Shown in pieces: positions 50,305 through 61,400 of a stretch of 64,000 nt of DNA. Each line of letters opens with the position of its first letter. Position 1 is the stretch's first letter. The stretch lies in assembly GCA_963665095.1 (NCBI GenBank), contig OY762069.1:5568001-5632000 (forward strand), written 5' to 3'. A program made the translations under genes and the position numbers. The DNA is from an uncultured Desulfobacter sp. (GTDB lineage: Bacteria > Desulfobacterota > Desulfobacteria > Desulfobacterales > Desulfobacteraceae). The notes under the pieces were generated by a model. The model worked only from the letters and a program-made list of their open reading frames with translations. It was not told the origin of the DNA and did no database searches.

Positions 50305-52815
50305 ATGAAAAGTATAACAGCAAAAGTTTTAATTTCCATAGGGGGCTTAACGGTTTGTTTTTTAGCCTTGATCCTATACTTTTTTTATTCACTCACAAAT
50401 AAGCAGATAAGTGGCGTCATCCAGCAAGAGGCTTCAGTAGCATTACAATTTGATTTAGCAATAAGAGAATACATAAGTGAGTCCATTCGTCCCATCATGT
50501 ATCAGTTGGTTGATGACGATGAATTTATCGTAGAGGCTATGTCCTCCTCATATGTGGCCCGTTCTATTTTTGAAAAAGTCGGAAAAGAATTTCCAGAATA
50601 TATTATAAAATTTTCTTCTGACAATCCACGAAACCCCATCAATCAGGCTGGTCCAGAAGAGCTTAATATCATAGAACACTTCAATAATAACCCGGAGTTA
50701 AATAGATGGAAGGGGGTTATTACCATCAAAAATAAAGGATATATAGCTCAGTTCAATGCAAGACGCATGGAAGAATCGTGCCTTTGTTGTCATGGAGACC
50801 CTCAAGATGCACCAGCTTCGATGATTGAAAAATATGGTTCAGTTGCAGGATTCAACAGGGAAATTGGAAAAGTGATCGGTATGGATACTGTGGCTATACC
50901 AATAAACAAGATTACCGAAAAATTACGGTCTGAGCTTAAAACCACTGTTCCTATTCTAATAATCGGGCTTTCGCTGTTTTTTTGTGGTGTGATTATTGTG
51001 ATGAAATTACTTGTCATCAACCGATTAATTCTAATTTCAAAACATTTTAAATCGGCTGCTAATGAAACAGATTATTCACAAATTGCCCAGATAAATATTC
51101 AAGGGAAAGATGAAATTTTTGATTTGGCATCTGGATATAATACGCTTACAGATAAGCTTAAAAATTTTTATTCATCGCTTAACCATAAAGTTCAGCGAAG
51201 GACTGAGAGCCTTGAAAAGGTGAATGAAAAATTATTGCAGGAAATCAACAAAAAAAATGAGGCAGAAAAAGCCTTGATAGAGAGCGAGGCACGGTTCAAG
51301 GCCCTTCATAATGCTTCTTTTGGAGGTATTGCAATTCATGATAAGGGAATGATTTTAGATTGCAATCAAGGATTGTCAGAGATGACTGGCTACTCTCAAA
51401 CCGAACTGGTGGGGATGAATGGTCTGTTACTGATTGCAGAAAAATCAAGAGACTTAGTCATGGATAAAATTCTTGACGGTAATGAGAAAGCCTATGAGGC
51501 AACCGGGCTTCGTAGAAACGGAGAAGAATACCCGATTCGGTTAGAAGCGCGAAATATCCCCTATAAAGGCAAGTTGGTTAGAACTGTTGAATTTAGGGAT
51601 ATTACTGAAAATAAGCAAGCTGAAAAAGAGCATGAAAAACTTCAGGTCCAGTTGATTCAGGCTCAGAAAATGAAAGCTATCGGGACACTTGCAGGAGGGA
51701 TAGCTCATGACTTCAATAATATTCTGACCGGAATATTCGGGTATTCCCAATTGGCTCAAGAGAGTCTGCAACAGCCTGAAAAAGCAAATGAGTACATTGA
51801 GCAGGTTGTGAAAGGAGCCCAACGGGCGGCAGACCTTACAAAACAAATATTAACATTCAGCAGGCAAGGTGAATACCAAAAACTGCCCTTTGCAATTTAT
51901 TTGGAGGTTAAAGAAGCGTTGAAATTATTGCGTTCATCTATACCTTCAACAATTGAAATTAAGAGCAGACTTGACTCAGAGAAAATGGTTATAGCAGATC
52001 CGATTGAAATCCATCAAGTAATCATGAATCTTTGTACCAATGCGTATCATGCTATGAGGAAAACAGGAGGGCGCTTGACTGTTTCGTTAACAGATGTTGA
52101 ATTTTCCAGTTCAAAACTGTTCAAAGGTAAAGAGGTGGCTGCCGGTGAATATATCAATCTTGAAGTAAGAGATACCGGTTCTGGAATGGACAAAAAGACA
52201 ATGGAAAGAATTTTTGAGCCCTATTTTACCACAAAAGAAAAAGGAGATGGAACAGGAATGGGCTTGGCTCTTGTTGATGCGATTGTTGATGCGCATAACG
52301 GGTTTTATGAAGTCAAAAGTGAACTTGGAAAAGGTACAACCTTTCACCTCTATTTTCCTATTGAAAAGGGCAGCGAAACAAAAAATATTCAAAACAACGA
52401 CAAAGAACTTCCGTTGTCAGGGAATGAAAAAATAATGGTCGTTGATGATGAGAAGCTTATCATAGAAAGCTGCAAAGCGATTTTAGAAAACTACGGGTAT
52501 CAGGTCAAAACATTTGCCAATGCTGTTGACGCCCTTGAAGCATTTAAAAGCAATTCGGATAAATTTGATTTAATCATAACAGATATGACAATGCCAGGGC
52601 TGACCGGGGATAAATTTGCAATAGAAATTTTAAAAATAAAACCTGGTTTTCCGGTTATATTATGTTCTGGGTTTAGTGACAGCCTGTCCCCGGCAAAAGC
52701 ACTTAAACTCGGGATTAGATATTTTGTCCAAAAACCGGTTCGGAATCAAGATCTTATGGTTATAATTCGAAACATTTTTGAAAATAATGGCAATACAATG
52801 CCCATAAAAAAGTAG
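50305..52815 (+). CDS. Hybrid histidine kinase with a periplasmic heme-c (DUF3365/Tll0287-like) sensor, HAMP, PAS, HisKA, HATPase and REC
   Basis: NPRNPINQA, CLCCHG (CxxCH), AGGIAHDFNN, DTGSG, FTTK, GTGMGL, TDMTMP. Confidence 0.92.
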   Translation: MKSITAKVLISIGGLTVCFLALILYFFYSLTNKQISGVIQQEASVALQFDLAIREYISESIRPIMYQLVDDDEFIVEAMSSSYVARSIFEKVGKEFPEYIIKFSSDNPRNPINQAGPEELNIIEHFNNNPELNRWKGVITIKNKGYIAQFNARRMEESCLCCHGDPQDAPASMIEKYGSVAGFNREIGKVIGMDTVAIPINKITEKLRSELKTTVPILIIGLSLFFCGVIIVMKLLVINRLILISKHFKSAANETDYSQIAQINIQGKDEIFDLASGYNTLTDKLKNFYSSLNHKVQRRTESLEKVNEKLLQEINKKNEAEKALIESEARFKALHNASFGGIAIHDKGMILDCNQGLSEMTGYSQTELVGMNGLLLIAEKSRDLVMDKILDGNEKAYEATGLRRNGEEYPIRLEARNIPYKGKLVRTVEFRDITENKQAEKEHEKLQVQLIQAQKMKAIGTLAGGIAHDFNNILTGIFGYSQLAQESLQQPEKANEYIEQVVKGAQRAADLTKQILTFSRQGEYQKLPFAIYLEVKEALKLLRSSIPSTIEIKSRLDSEKMVIADPIEIHQVIMNLCTNAYHAMRKTGGRLTVSLTDVEFSSSKLFKGKEVAAGEYINLEVRDTGSGMDKKTMERIFEPYFTTKEKGDGTGMGLALVDAIVDAHNGFYEVKSELGKGTTFHLYFPIEKGSETKNIQNNDKELPLSGNEKIMVVDDEKLIIESCKAILENYGYQVKTFANAVDALEAFKSNSDKFDLIITDMTMPGLTGDKFAIEILKIKPGFPVILCSGFSDSLSPAKALKLGIRYFVQKPVRNQDLMVIIRNIFENNGNTMPIKK

Positions 52816-53099
52816 AGAGGAAGAGAGCCTTTTGTCTATGATTGAACATTTTTTCAAAAATGACCCGGCCACCAGATATTGTGCTTTTGTCAATATATTA
52901 TAGATCTTCCATCAAAAACCGAGACCGCGTTCAGGCGTAGAAATAATAATCGGAATACTGACTTGGGAGAGTTTCTTCTTTGAGGTCAGAAACAGATCCG
53001 CAATATCCCGGAATTCATCGGGGTTTGTCCACATGAACGGATGATCTCCTGAATGCGAGAGGTAGATTTTGCTTTGGGCAATTTGCCCCCCCCCGGCCT

Positions 53100-53820
53100 T
53101 CATCCAGCCCTCCTTTGCTGCTGTCTACCAAAATATATTTCCGCCGGTGTCTGACCCTCAAAACTTTGATGAGGCCGTTCATGGTTATAAAAATCAAAGT
53201 ATTGCTTTAGGGACTTGCGTAGTTGCTCAACAGATTGAAATTCGTTCACATAAATTTCTTCATACTTCACGCTGCGCCATAGCCGCTCTATGAAAATATT
53301 GTCCATGGCCCGCCCTTTTCCGTCCATACTAATTTTAATCCCCTTATCTTTCAGGACTTTTGTGAACTCATGGCTGGTGTATTGCGCACCTTGGTCTGTG
53401 TTAAATATATGGGGTGTGCCATGACGTCTTAGTGCTCTTTCAAGGGCCGATACACAAAACTCACTATCCATGGTTACCGAAAGTTCCCAAGACAAGACAT
53501 AGCGGCTGTGCCAATCCATGACAGCCGTTAAATATACGAACCCACCGGCCAGGCGGATATATGTCAAATCAGTACACCACACCTGATCTGCCCTGGTTAC
53601 ATCAAAATTCCTTAAAAGATATGGGTATATTTTATGTTGGGGGTGGGCTCTACTCGTATTCGGTTTCGGGGCTATGGACTGAATCCCCATTTTACGCATC
53701 AATCTCTGAACTCGTTTACGATTGATTTTATACCCTTTGCGCATTAAAACATTGCGCATTTGGCGAGTCCCGTAGAAGGGGTGATCCGTGTATTCTTTGT
53801 CAATGATTTTCATTATCTCT
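53100..53820 (-). mobile_element. IS3-family transposase OrfB fragment, 5' end truncated by the IS4 element
   Basis: HPFYGTRQM, WCTDLTYI, FNTDQGAQY, DNIFIERLWRSVKYE, YNHERPHQS. No OrfA present. Confidence 0.9.
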
Positions 53821-55130
53821 CAGTAGTGTCCGGTTAGGTTTTTGCTTGCTCAGTAATTTTTTGATCTTTGACAATATTGTCTCTGTTTGAACCGTGAAAA
53901 GCATCATTGTTGCTCTCAATCAGATCATTCAAGATGGCTGTTCGTAACTGCCGAACCCTTTTAATAGTAACCTTTTCATTAAACTCGTTTCGACAGTAGA
54001 TTGCAAGCAACAGATACGTGATGAGGCCGCTAAGGATTTGCACCATAAGGCCATATTCGCTGCGGGCAATGAGGTGGTAAACTTTCAGGTGTCCTTTCCA
54101 CCATTTGAAAAAATCTTCAATGGTCCACCGGAGCTTATATATGGTTGCTATTTGCTCTGCCGTTAAATCATGCCTGTCAGTTGCTACATAGTATTTCACG
54201 CCGGCAATTTTATAGCCAACAACCCGGACGGGAGTTTTTGTCTGGTTCAGGTTCGGAGTGCCAAGGAAGACCAGAGCATCATAGAAAATGTAGCTGCCAT
54301 AGTTGACCTCGTGAGTCTCAATTACCGTTCTGGTTGTTTTGGCTTTTATACGGCAAACAAAATGCTTGCCTTGTGCCTGTAGCAAGTCAAAATCGTGATG
54401 TGATTGATAGCCACGGTCCATAACACCTGTTTGCCCCTCGGTAAGTATCTTTGGGACAAAAGGGCGCTCCCCGCCGTTGCCTTCTGTCAGGAATATTTTG
54501 TTTGGAATGCCGTGATTTATGTCAAATCCGCAATGCGCTTTGGCTTTTTTACTTCCTTTCCTGTAGTTTGCCCAATGCATTGAAAGGACGGCATTTATAA
54601 GGCTGCCGTCAATGGAAACCAGATCGCCCAACTCGGCATGCTCCTTTGGCAGGCACCCAACAGCCTGTTTATAAAGATCTTCGAAGACAAATTGCAGTTG
54701 TTCAAGCCCTCGGTGGTTGACTGCTTCACAAAAGCTGCTGCGGCTGATACCGCCTTCCGGAGCAATATGTTCTTTGGCAAAAATATTTTCCTTGAGATCT
54801 TGGACTAAATGCCGGGCTGATTTGTGTTCCTGCAGATGAAAATAAATCAGGGCATTTATCTGGTCTTCGAATGTCATTTTTAAAGGTCGGTCTCCTCGAG
54901 ATTGCAATTCTGGTGCTTGTGGAAGCGACCTTATCAGAGGGTTACGGAACTTGTCAAAATTCAGGGACGATATTATGGCTTTGGTAATTGAAATGCGCGT
55001 CATTTGGGCTCCTTGATAAAATTTTTCAAGGCGCGCAAAAATTTTTACGCACATTTGTCAACATAAAAATGACGTTTTTTGAATAATTTTAGATATTTTT
55101 TATATGCAACAACCTAACCGGACACTACTG
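53821..55130 (-). mobile_element. IS4-family insertion sequence (1310 bp)
   Basis: Perfect 20-bp TIR cagtagtgtccggttaggtt (53821-53840) / aacctaaccggacactactg (55111-55130). Confidence 0.92.
53834..55054 (-). CDS. IS4-family DDE transposase (start may be the later MTRIS)
   Basis: SIDGS, MDRGY and YKLRWTIEDFFK (YREK) motifs. Confidence 0.92.
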   Translation of the reverse strand: MCVKIFARLEKFYQGAQMTRISITKAIISSLNFDKFRNPLIRSLPQAPELQSRGDRPLKMTFEDQINALIYFHLQEHKSARHLVQDLKENIFAKEHIAPEGGISRSSFCEAVNHRGLEQLQFVFEDLYKQAVGCLPKEHAELGDLVSIDGSLINAVLSMHWANYRKGSKKAKAHCGFDINHGIPNKIFLTEGNGGERPFVPKILTEGQTGVMDRGYQSHHDFDLLQAQGKHFVCRIKAKTTRTVIETHEVNYGSYIFYDALVFLGTPNLNQTKTPVRVVGYKIAGVKYYVATDRHDLTAEQIATIYKLRWTIEDFFKWWKGHLKVYHLIARSEYGLMVQILSGLITYLLLAIYCRNEFNEKVTIKRVRQLRTAILNDLIESNNDAFHGSNRDNIVKDQKITEQAKT

Positions 55131-55625
55131 ACTAAGATGGTTCTTTCGCAATTTGATCGGAATGAAAACATTGCCAGGCAGTCCTACATTGATTTTTTCC
55201 AAGCCCAGAGAGACGAAGGCTACAGAAAGGAATTTCATACTGGAGTCTATGAAAGCAGAATTTTGGGTGATGACCATTTCAGCGAACAAGTTTTCTTGCT
55301 GGCCGAAGAGCAATGGAGATATAGATGGTCATATGATCAATTGATAACATCCCTATGCTCGGTTTACAAAATTGAGAACAGCACCCTTATTGAACCGGGA
55401 AAACGCCAGCCTGCAGCCCAAGCAAGAGCTGTTGCCTCTTTCCTGGTTCAGGAAAATAATTATACGTCTTTGACAGATTTGGGGAAGATTTTTGGCAGAG
55501 ACCTGACTGCCCTTAGCAAATCTGCCGGCCGGATAAGAGATCGTCTTAAAAGGGATGCCGAATTACAGGGAAAAATCAAACGTATAAAAATGCTGCTTGG
55601 GCGAATGCCTAAATGTCAAGCCTGA
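55131..55625 (+). pseudogene. 3' fragment of a Y1/REP-associated-type transposase with a DnaA-C-like HTH tail
   Basis: ARQSYIDF, RILGDDHFSEQV, AQARAVASFL..SLTDLGKIFGRD. Ends in caagcctgacccc. The HUH domain is missing. Confidence 0.65.
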
Positions 55626-55790
55626 CCCCTTTATTCATGACCCCTTTACAGTTACCCATATTTTTAATCGTGTCCCCGTTAATTAGACCCCTAGTTGCAA
55701 ACATTGGCTTGACACCGATGCCTATCCTAGGATTTGATATAGCCGGGTATGAAGTTTTTATGATCAAACCTGCACAAACATGGGGAACAC

Positions 55791-56915
55791 ATGTCTAAAG
55801 CAGTCGAGCAAGCGATTAGAGAACTGGTGTTATTCAGGCGCGGGAAAGGGGCGTTGGCATCTGCTCCTGATTATTCAAAAGCAGATAGTTTAAGATCGTT
55901 TGTAGAGCAAATGGAAGCAACGGGAGCGTTTATCACAATCGTCTGGGACTATATTCAAGATGACTTTCTCTTTCTTTCGGATAAATTTTGTAACTATTTT
56001 GGATTCGATCCAAGAAATGTCCGCAGGGAAAAACTGGCCTATCTCTTGAACCGGCTGATTCCCATTGATGCCATTATTATGATGAACGGATCAAGCTATG
56101 TATGGGATTATGTGTCCGGTCTCCCAATGGATCTGCGTAAAAACTATAAGGTGAGCGCGGAATTCAGGATGAGAAATGACTATAATAAAATGATCCGCGT
56201 GCGGTATCAGAATGTAACTCTTGAGATCACTGATACCGGGGACTTTTGGCTCAACTTGATGCTATTTGAGATGGCCCCGGACCAAGATATGGAACTGATA
56301 GGCAATATCTCATGCATTGATGCGGTTTCAGGGGAAACGATATTAACTACAGAAAAGGTCAAAGAACATCTTTGTCGCAATATTTTGTCCAAACAGGAGC
56401 TTGAGGTGTTGAGATGGATAGCAAAGGGAAAGGATTCCAGACAAATTGCCGCTAAGTTGAACATCAGTGAGAACAAGGTAGATCAACATCGAGGACAAAT
56501 CCTTAAAAAGATTAAAACCGATGATGCCAACGATGCGGCAGCGTTCATACGGGATGTATTTGTTGATTCAGACTCTGTCAGAGGACCATTCTTAGACAAC
56601 AAGGTCTTGCAGCGGGAACAGATTGTTGATCTGATGAATCTGACGCTTCATTATTGGGTGGAATCAACCGGTCTTTCCAAGGCGGATCTGGCAGAGGGTT
56701 CCGGGATTTGGAGCGTCTATCTGGACGGCAATGGATGGCGGCGGACCCAAACCCTGGATAAATATCTCAATATTCAGACACTGCCGAAAAACCCCAAAAT
56801 ATCACGAGTGCTGCAAAGCGCTTATTACGTTTTAGATAAGTGCAAGACATCGTCTCTCAAGAGAGAACAGATTTTGACTGCCCTTGAAGGCCTGAAAGCA
56901 ATGGGGCATTCTTAA
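55791..56915 (+). CDS. PAS-like + LuxR HTH regulator with an extra C-terminal domain
   Basis: LSKQELEVLRWIAKGKDSRQIAAKLNISENKVDQHR; C-terminal LAEGSGIWSVYLDG..TLDKYLN..LPKNP. Confidence 0.85.
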   Translation: MSKAVEQAIRELVLFRRGKGALASAPDYSKADSLRSFVEQMEATGAFITIVWDYIQDDFLFLSDKFCNYFGFDPRNVRREKLAYLLNRLIPIDAIIMMNGSSYVWDYVSGLPMDLRKNYKVSAEFRMRNDYNKMIRVRYQNVTLEITDTGDFWLNLMLFEMAPDQDMELIGNISCIDAVSGETILTTEKVKEHLCRNILSKQELEVLRWIAKGKDSRQIAAKLNISENKVDQHRGQILKKIKTDDANDAAAFIRDVFVDSDSVRGPFLDNKVLQREQIVDLMNLTLHYWVESTGLSKADLAEGSGIWSVYLDGNGWRRTQTLDKYLNIQTLPKNPKISRVLQSAYYVLDKCKTSSLKREQILTALEGLKAMGHS

Positions 56916-57050
56916 CCCCTTAAGCCGTTTTATTCCCCTGGAGGCCGCCTGTTTAGATAATTGGCCCCCATTATCCCCCTAAAAGCCCTGGCCCGGTTCC
57001 GGGTTGACGGGTAATCCGGGGGAGCATTTTCCCTTAAATCAGGAATTAAT

Positions 57051-57070
57051 TTACCCAAATATTGGGGTTA
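57051..57070. promoter_or_regulatory. Palindrome, candidate LuxR/NarL-type operator
   Basis: ttacccaaatattggggtaa, upstream of the surface-protein genes. Confidence 0.4.
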
Positions 57071-57362
57071 ACTTTCGGACTATCCTTTGTTTTTGAGTGG
57101 TTTATAGCTGTTTTTAAACTATTTCTGTCTCATTGTATTTGTTTGTATTTCCTTTGATTTTAATATATTACAAAAATTTTAACGGTTTTTAACAGTGATT
57201 TTTTCCCAAAAAACGGGCGGATTGTGATTTATAAGACTTTGAATTGCCCATAATCTGAACCGCATATGTTGACGGCAGTGCAGCAGGGGCCAATGCCGGT
57301 GCCTCACAGGGCAACGCCTATACGGATTTGCAGGCCGTCATGTATAATAAGGAGAACCCATC

Positions 57363-58304
57363 ATGGAAAAAACCCTGGCCGTTTTTATTGCCCTATGGCT
57401 GGTGTTGCTCACTTTCTGGGCTGCGCCCCCCTGCCTTGCCAGCAACGTGACGATAACCAAATTAGTGGGTAATCCCCCACTATCGAATAATAAGATAGCC
57501 ATTTCCGTCTCCATTGATCCTTGTGATACCCTCCTATATGCATACAAGTATTATTATGTCGACGAGGTCGAGGGCAAAGAAGTGTTACTTGAGGAAGGCG
57601 CTACTGAATGCAAAGATCACGAAATGTCCATCACCTAGCCCGGAAACTTTATGCTGGGCAACCCTGTATACTTTAAGGTGGTTGTTCAGTCGGAATTTTC
57701 AGAGTTTGGCTCCGCGCAAATTGATCTCAGGGAGTGTGAACTTGCTGGTGAGTGGGTTGCCGCTGTAACTGCCTTTAACCAGCCATACGGGTTCACCCCC
57801 GGCTGGAACCTGAAGTGCCTGCCCTGCGTACCCAAAGGAAACCTCAACACGGCATCCCTATGGCTGAAAGATCTCAGGGATCAGGGCGTTTTAGCCACAA
57901 AAATCAGACGCTGGACCGGCAGTGACTGGCAGACCTATACCCGGGGGGATACGTCCGGCGATTTTGACATCAGACGTGGCTGGGGCTATTTCATCTATTC
58001 GGAGTCATCCGGTTCGTGGACGAGGGAAACCGAAGTCGAAGTAATATACGGCGGAGGTTATTTTCTACAATCAGGTTGTACTGACTGCTGGGATCTCAGT
58101 TTTGAAGACGGCTGGAATCTTGTGGGCGGCTACCTGTTTGGCCAGACCACGGCCAAAGGCCTGATTAACCGGCTCCAAAGCGAAGGCATCGACAAGATCC
58201 AGCAATGGGACGGCAGCGGCTGGCAGACCTATACGAAGGGTGCCTCCTTCGGCAATTTCAACCTGGACTACAAGAGTGCCTATTTTATCCACAAAAATCC
58301 GTGA
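57363..58304 (+). pseudogene. Secreted protein with a duplicated GWNL..W..WQTY domain, interrupted by an in-frame TAG (57636-57638)
   Basis: ORFs 57363..57638 and 57651..58304 are in the same frame (atc acc TAG ccc gga aac ttt atg). Signal peptide and RBS aaggag at the first ORF. Confidence 0.75.
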
Positions 58305-58440
58305 TCCCGGATCGGAGATTTTTGAGCCGGGCCTTTTTTTTGACAGCGGCCGGTATACGAAAACACAAAGCCCCCGACTGCCAATGGATACGGCGACCGG
58401 CAAAAATGGCATCGTGCTTACAAATTCAGGGAACGCTTGA

Positions 58441-61400
58441 ATGGAATGGAAAATAAAAATGCATAAACGGATCATATTCAAAAAAAACTGGCCATGGTTT
58501 TTGAATATTCTTCTATTCACTGTTTTCTTCTGCCCTGCCATCTGGGCCAGTCCGGTTCTGAACATGAAAATCACCAATGTCAGAGGGGCGCAGTTTACCG
58601 TGTCCTGGACCACAGAAGAAGCCGTCGAGGGCCAGGTGCGCCACGGCACATCCACGTCCGGCACGGAGGAGTGGGTGAGCGCATCCGATGACAGGGGAAG
58701 CGTTTCCGATGACATCCACCATATCACCATCACAGGCCTTGTGCCGGAACAGACCGTTTATTTTGAACTCATTTCAGGCACAACAACCGATGATAACGAC
58801 GGTGCCTATTACAGCATCAATCCCGGACCGGCCATCACCCCGCCCGCCGGGTCATGTCAGCCTGCCGGGCTCGTTTACAAGGACGAGCAAGAAACAACCC
58901 CGGCCTATGGTTCCATTGTCTATGTCACCATTAAAGGAACTGCCGATTCAGCGACAGAATCCGTTCTGGTGACCTCGGATACCGACGGACACTGGTTCCT
59001 GGAACTAGGAAACTTCAGAGTGGCGGATTATTCCGCACTTTACAACACCGATGTCGAGGCGGTCTGCGGCACCCAGGAACTTATTGTGGAGGTCCAGGCA
59101 GGCAGCGATGGTGTGGCCGACATGACCACCGATTCCCAGAGTTATTTGGACGACGGGGCGCGTCCCAATTTAATTCTGGTGCCCGCCGTAACCCTTTCCA
59201 CAACGGCAGCAGACCCCACAAATGCATCCGCCATCCCGGTGACCGTGGCCTTCAGCGAGCAGGTGACAGGATTTACCGTTGACGACCTTGTGGTTGGAAA
59301 CGGCACGGCTGCGGATTTTACCGAAACAACCACGGGACAGGTCTGGACCGTGAACATCATCCCCCCAGCCGACGGTGAAGTCACTGTGGATGTAAGCCCG
59401 GGCATTGTCCAGGATCTTGTGGGAAATGACAACACCGCCGCCGGCCGGCTCAGCCTGACCTATGATACGGACACCGATGATGACGGCCTGACCAACAAGG
59501 AGGAGATTGACAACGGCACCGACCCCAATGATGCCGACACGGATAACGACGGGACCCCGGCCGGCAGCGACACCTGCCCCAATGATCCGGATAAAACCCG
59601 GCCCGGCACCTGCGGGTGCGGCGTCCCGGAAGGCTCCTGCGGATCCGGATCCGATGGTTCCGATGGTTCCGATGGTTCCGGTGGTTCACAAAATTCGAAC
59701 CAATGGATCGAAGATATCGTGGACAATGTCTCTGATGCCATTGATCTTCCCGAGGGATCGGATATCACCGCCGAAGAGGTACAGGAGGTTGCTAATCTAG
59801 TCAACGATATGCTCAACCGGATCTTATATATGGTGGAAGCGGGCAGCATTACAAGCGGCAAATCCCTTGCCGCGCTGGCAGTGGCGGGTGATGCGCTCAG
59901 GCTTCTGGCCGATGCCGGTGAAGCCGGGATTTTAACTGACGGCAACGAAATCACGACAATGCTTGATTACGTTCTTGTCCTCATGGCCAATGCTTTTGCC
60001 TCCGGCGAGGCGCTCACGTCCAATGAGTTTTCACAGATTGTGGACTGCGCAGCCTCTATTACTGACGCTTTGCCGGGACTGATCGAACATCTGGATTTTG
60101 AAACGGGGATAGAGATTGCCGGGCAGGCGGCGCAACTGATTGCAGCAGGCATCACTGCGGGATTGTCCTGCGCCAATATTGATACCCAGGCTTTAATCAG
60201 CCTTATCAATACTATAAGCGGTATTATGACGGCCCTGCCCAATGATAATACGGCGGGGGCAAACACAGGTATCCTCAACAACAGGGTTGATATCATATCA
60301 GGCGCCATTGAGGCACTTTTTACAGGTTCCGATGACGGCCTGGTTTTGCAGGCGCTGTCCCAAAGCCTGCAAAACCAGGCTGTTTTGATTCTTGATACCG
60401 TTAAAAACACCTTGTTTTCCGGTCTGAATCCCCAAAGCCAAGGAGCGGCCGTGCGCCTGGAATATGCCGATTACAGCGTATCTGACCTGGAAGAGGTGGA
60501 TGTGCAGGCCCTGACATGGGAAGAGATAGAGAACCTAACAGCAGAAATTGCCGGGCTTATCAGCTCTTTTACCCAATATGGTCTGGAATTGCAAAACCCC
60601 CTGGCAGAGCAGGTAACGGCCTTGCTGGATACTGTTTTTCAATCCGCTGTCAACCTGTTGGCCCGGGAGCCGGGCATCGATATCCCCGAAGGCTTCTATT
60701 CTGATGATCCGGCTGTCCTTGAGGGAGTTTTCATCAACAATCCCAAACTGCTGCAAAAAGTTCTTAAAGTAAGCAGTGCCGGGATAAGCTGTGACCTTGA
60801 CCGGGATGAACTGCTTGCAAGACTTCAGGATACCGGAAATGGATTCAGTGCAGAACAGGCCGGGGTTATTGAAGAAATTCTCCCGGAACTTACTGACTTT
60901 GATCAAGACCTTATGGAAGGCGACTGCGGCACGGCACGGGCGATCCTTACCAATATCTTATCGTCCTATTGGCCGGATTCATCGGTGACGGTGGAAGGAG
61001 AATATCCCGCCTGCTTAACCATCGAAAAAAGATCGGCTATGGCAGAATCCGTCTCAACATACCTTACCTCGGTCATGATATGTGATGTGAGCCTTGTTAC
61101 CTCTTTTATACCCGACGGCATCTACAATCTTATGGATGGCTCACGTCTTCTGGTAAAGGCCCCTGTGGCAATAACGGTGACCTCCTCTTTTTTTCAGGCC
61201 TGCCATGCTGTTTCCTCCCTGGCCGGCTATGGTTATCCTGTTGCCATGGAAAAGGACGGCCGGTTCAGTATTCTGTTTGATGACGCGGTTACATTGAGCG
61301 CCATGCCGGGATATCTATCTGAAACCGGCATTAATGCGCAGGTCAACGGGGAAACAATTTCATTTGCCGTCGACATTGATGACCCTGTATCAGACGATTA

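Noticed and set aside
52861..52900. tgacccggccacc as the IS3 terminal inverted repeat
   Set aside because: It is a plausible TG start, but the partner end is deleted, so it cannot be verified
55104..55130. ATG 55104 as the true start of the 173-aa ORF
   Set aside because: The first nine codons come from the IS4 end, so the ORF is a fusion artefact
57266..57345. Riboswitch in the leader of the secreted protein gene
   Set aside because: Some pairing (gacggc/gccgtc) is present but there is no c-di-GMP or other known aptamer consensus
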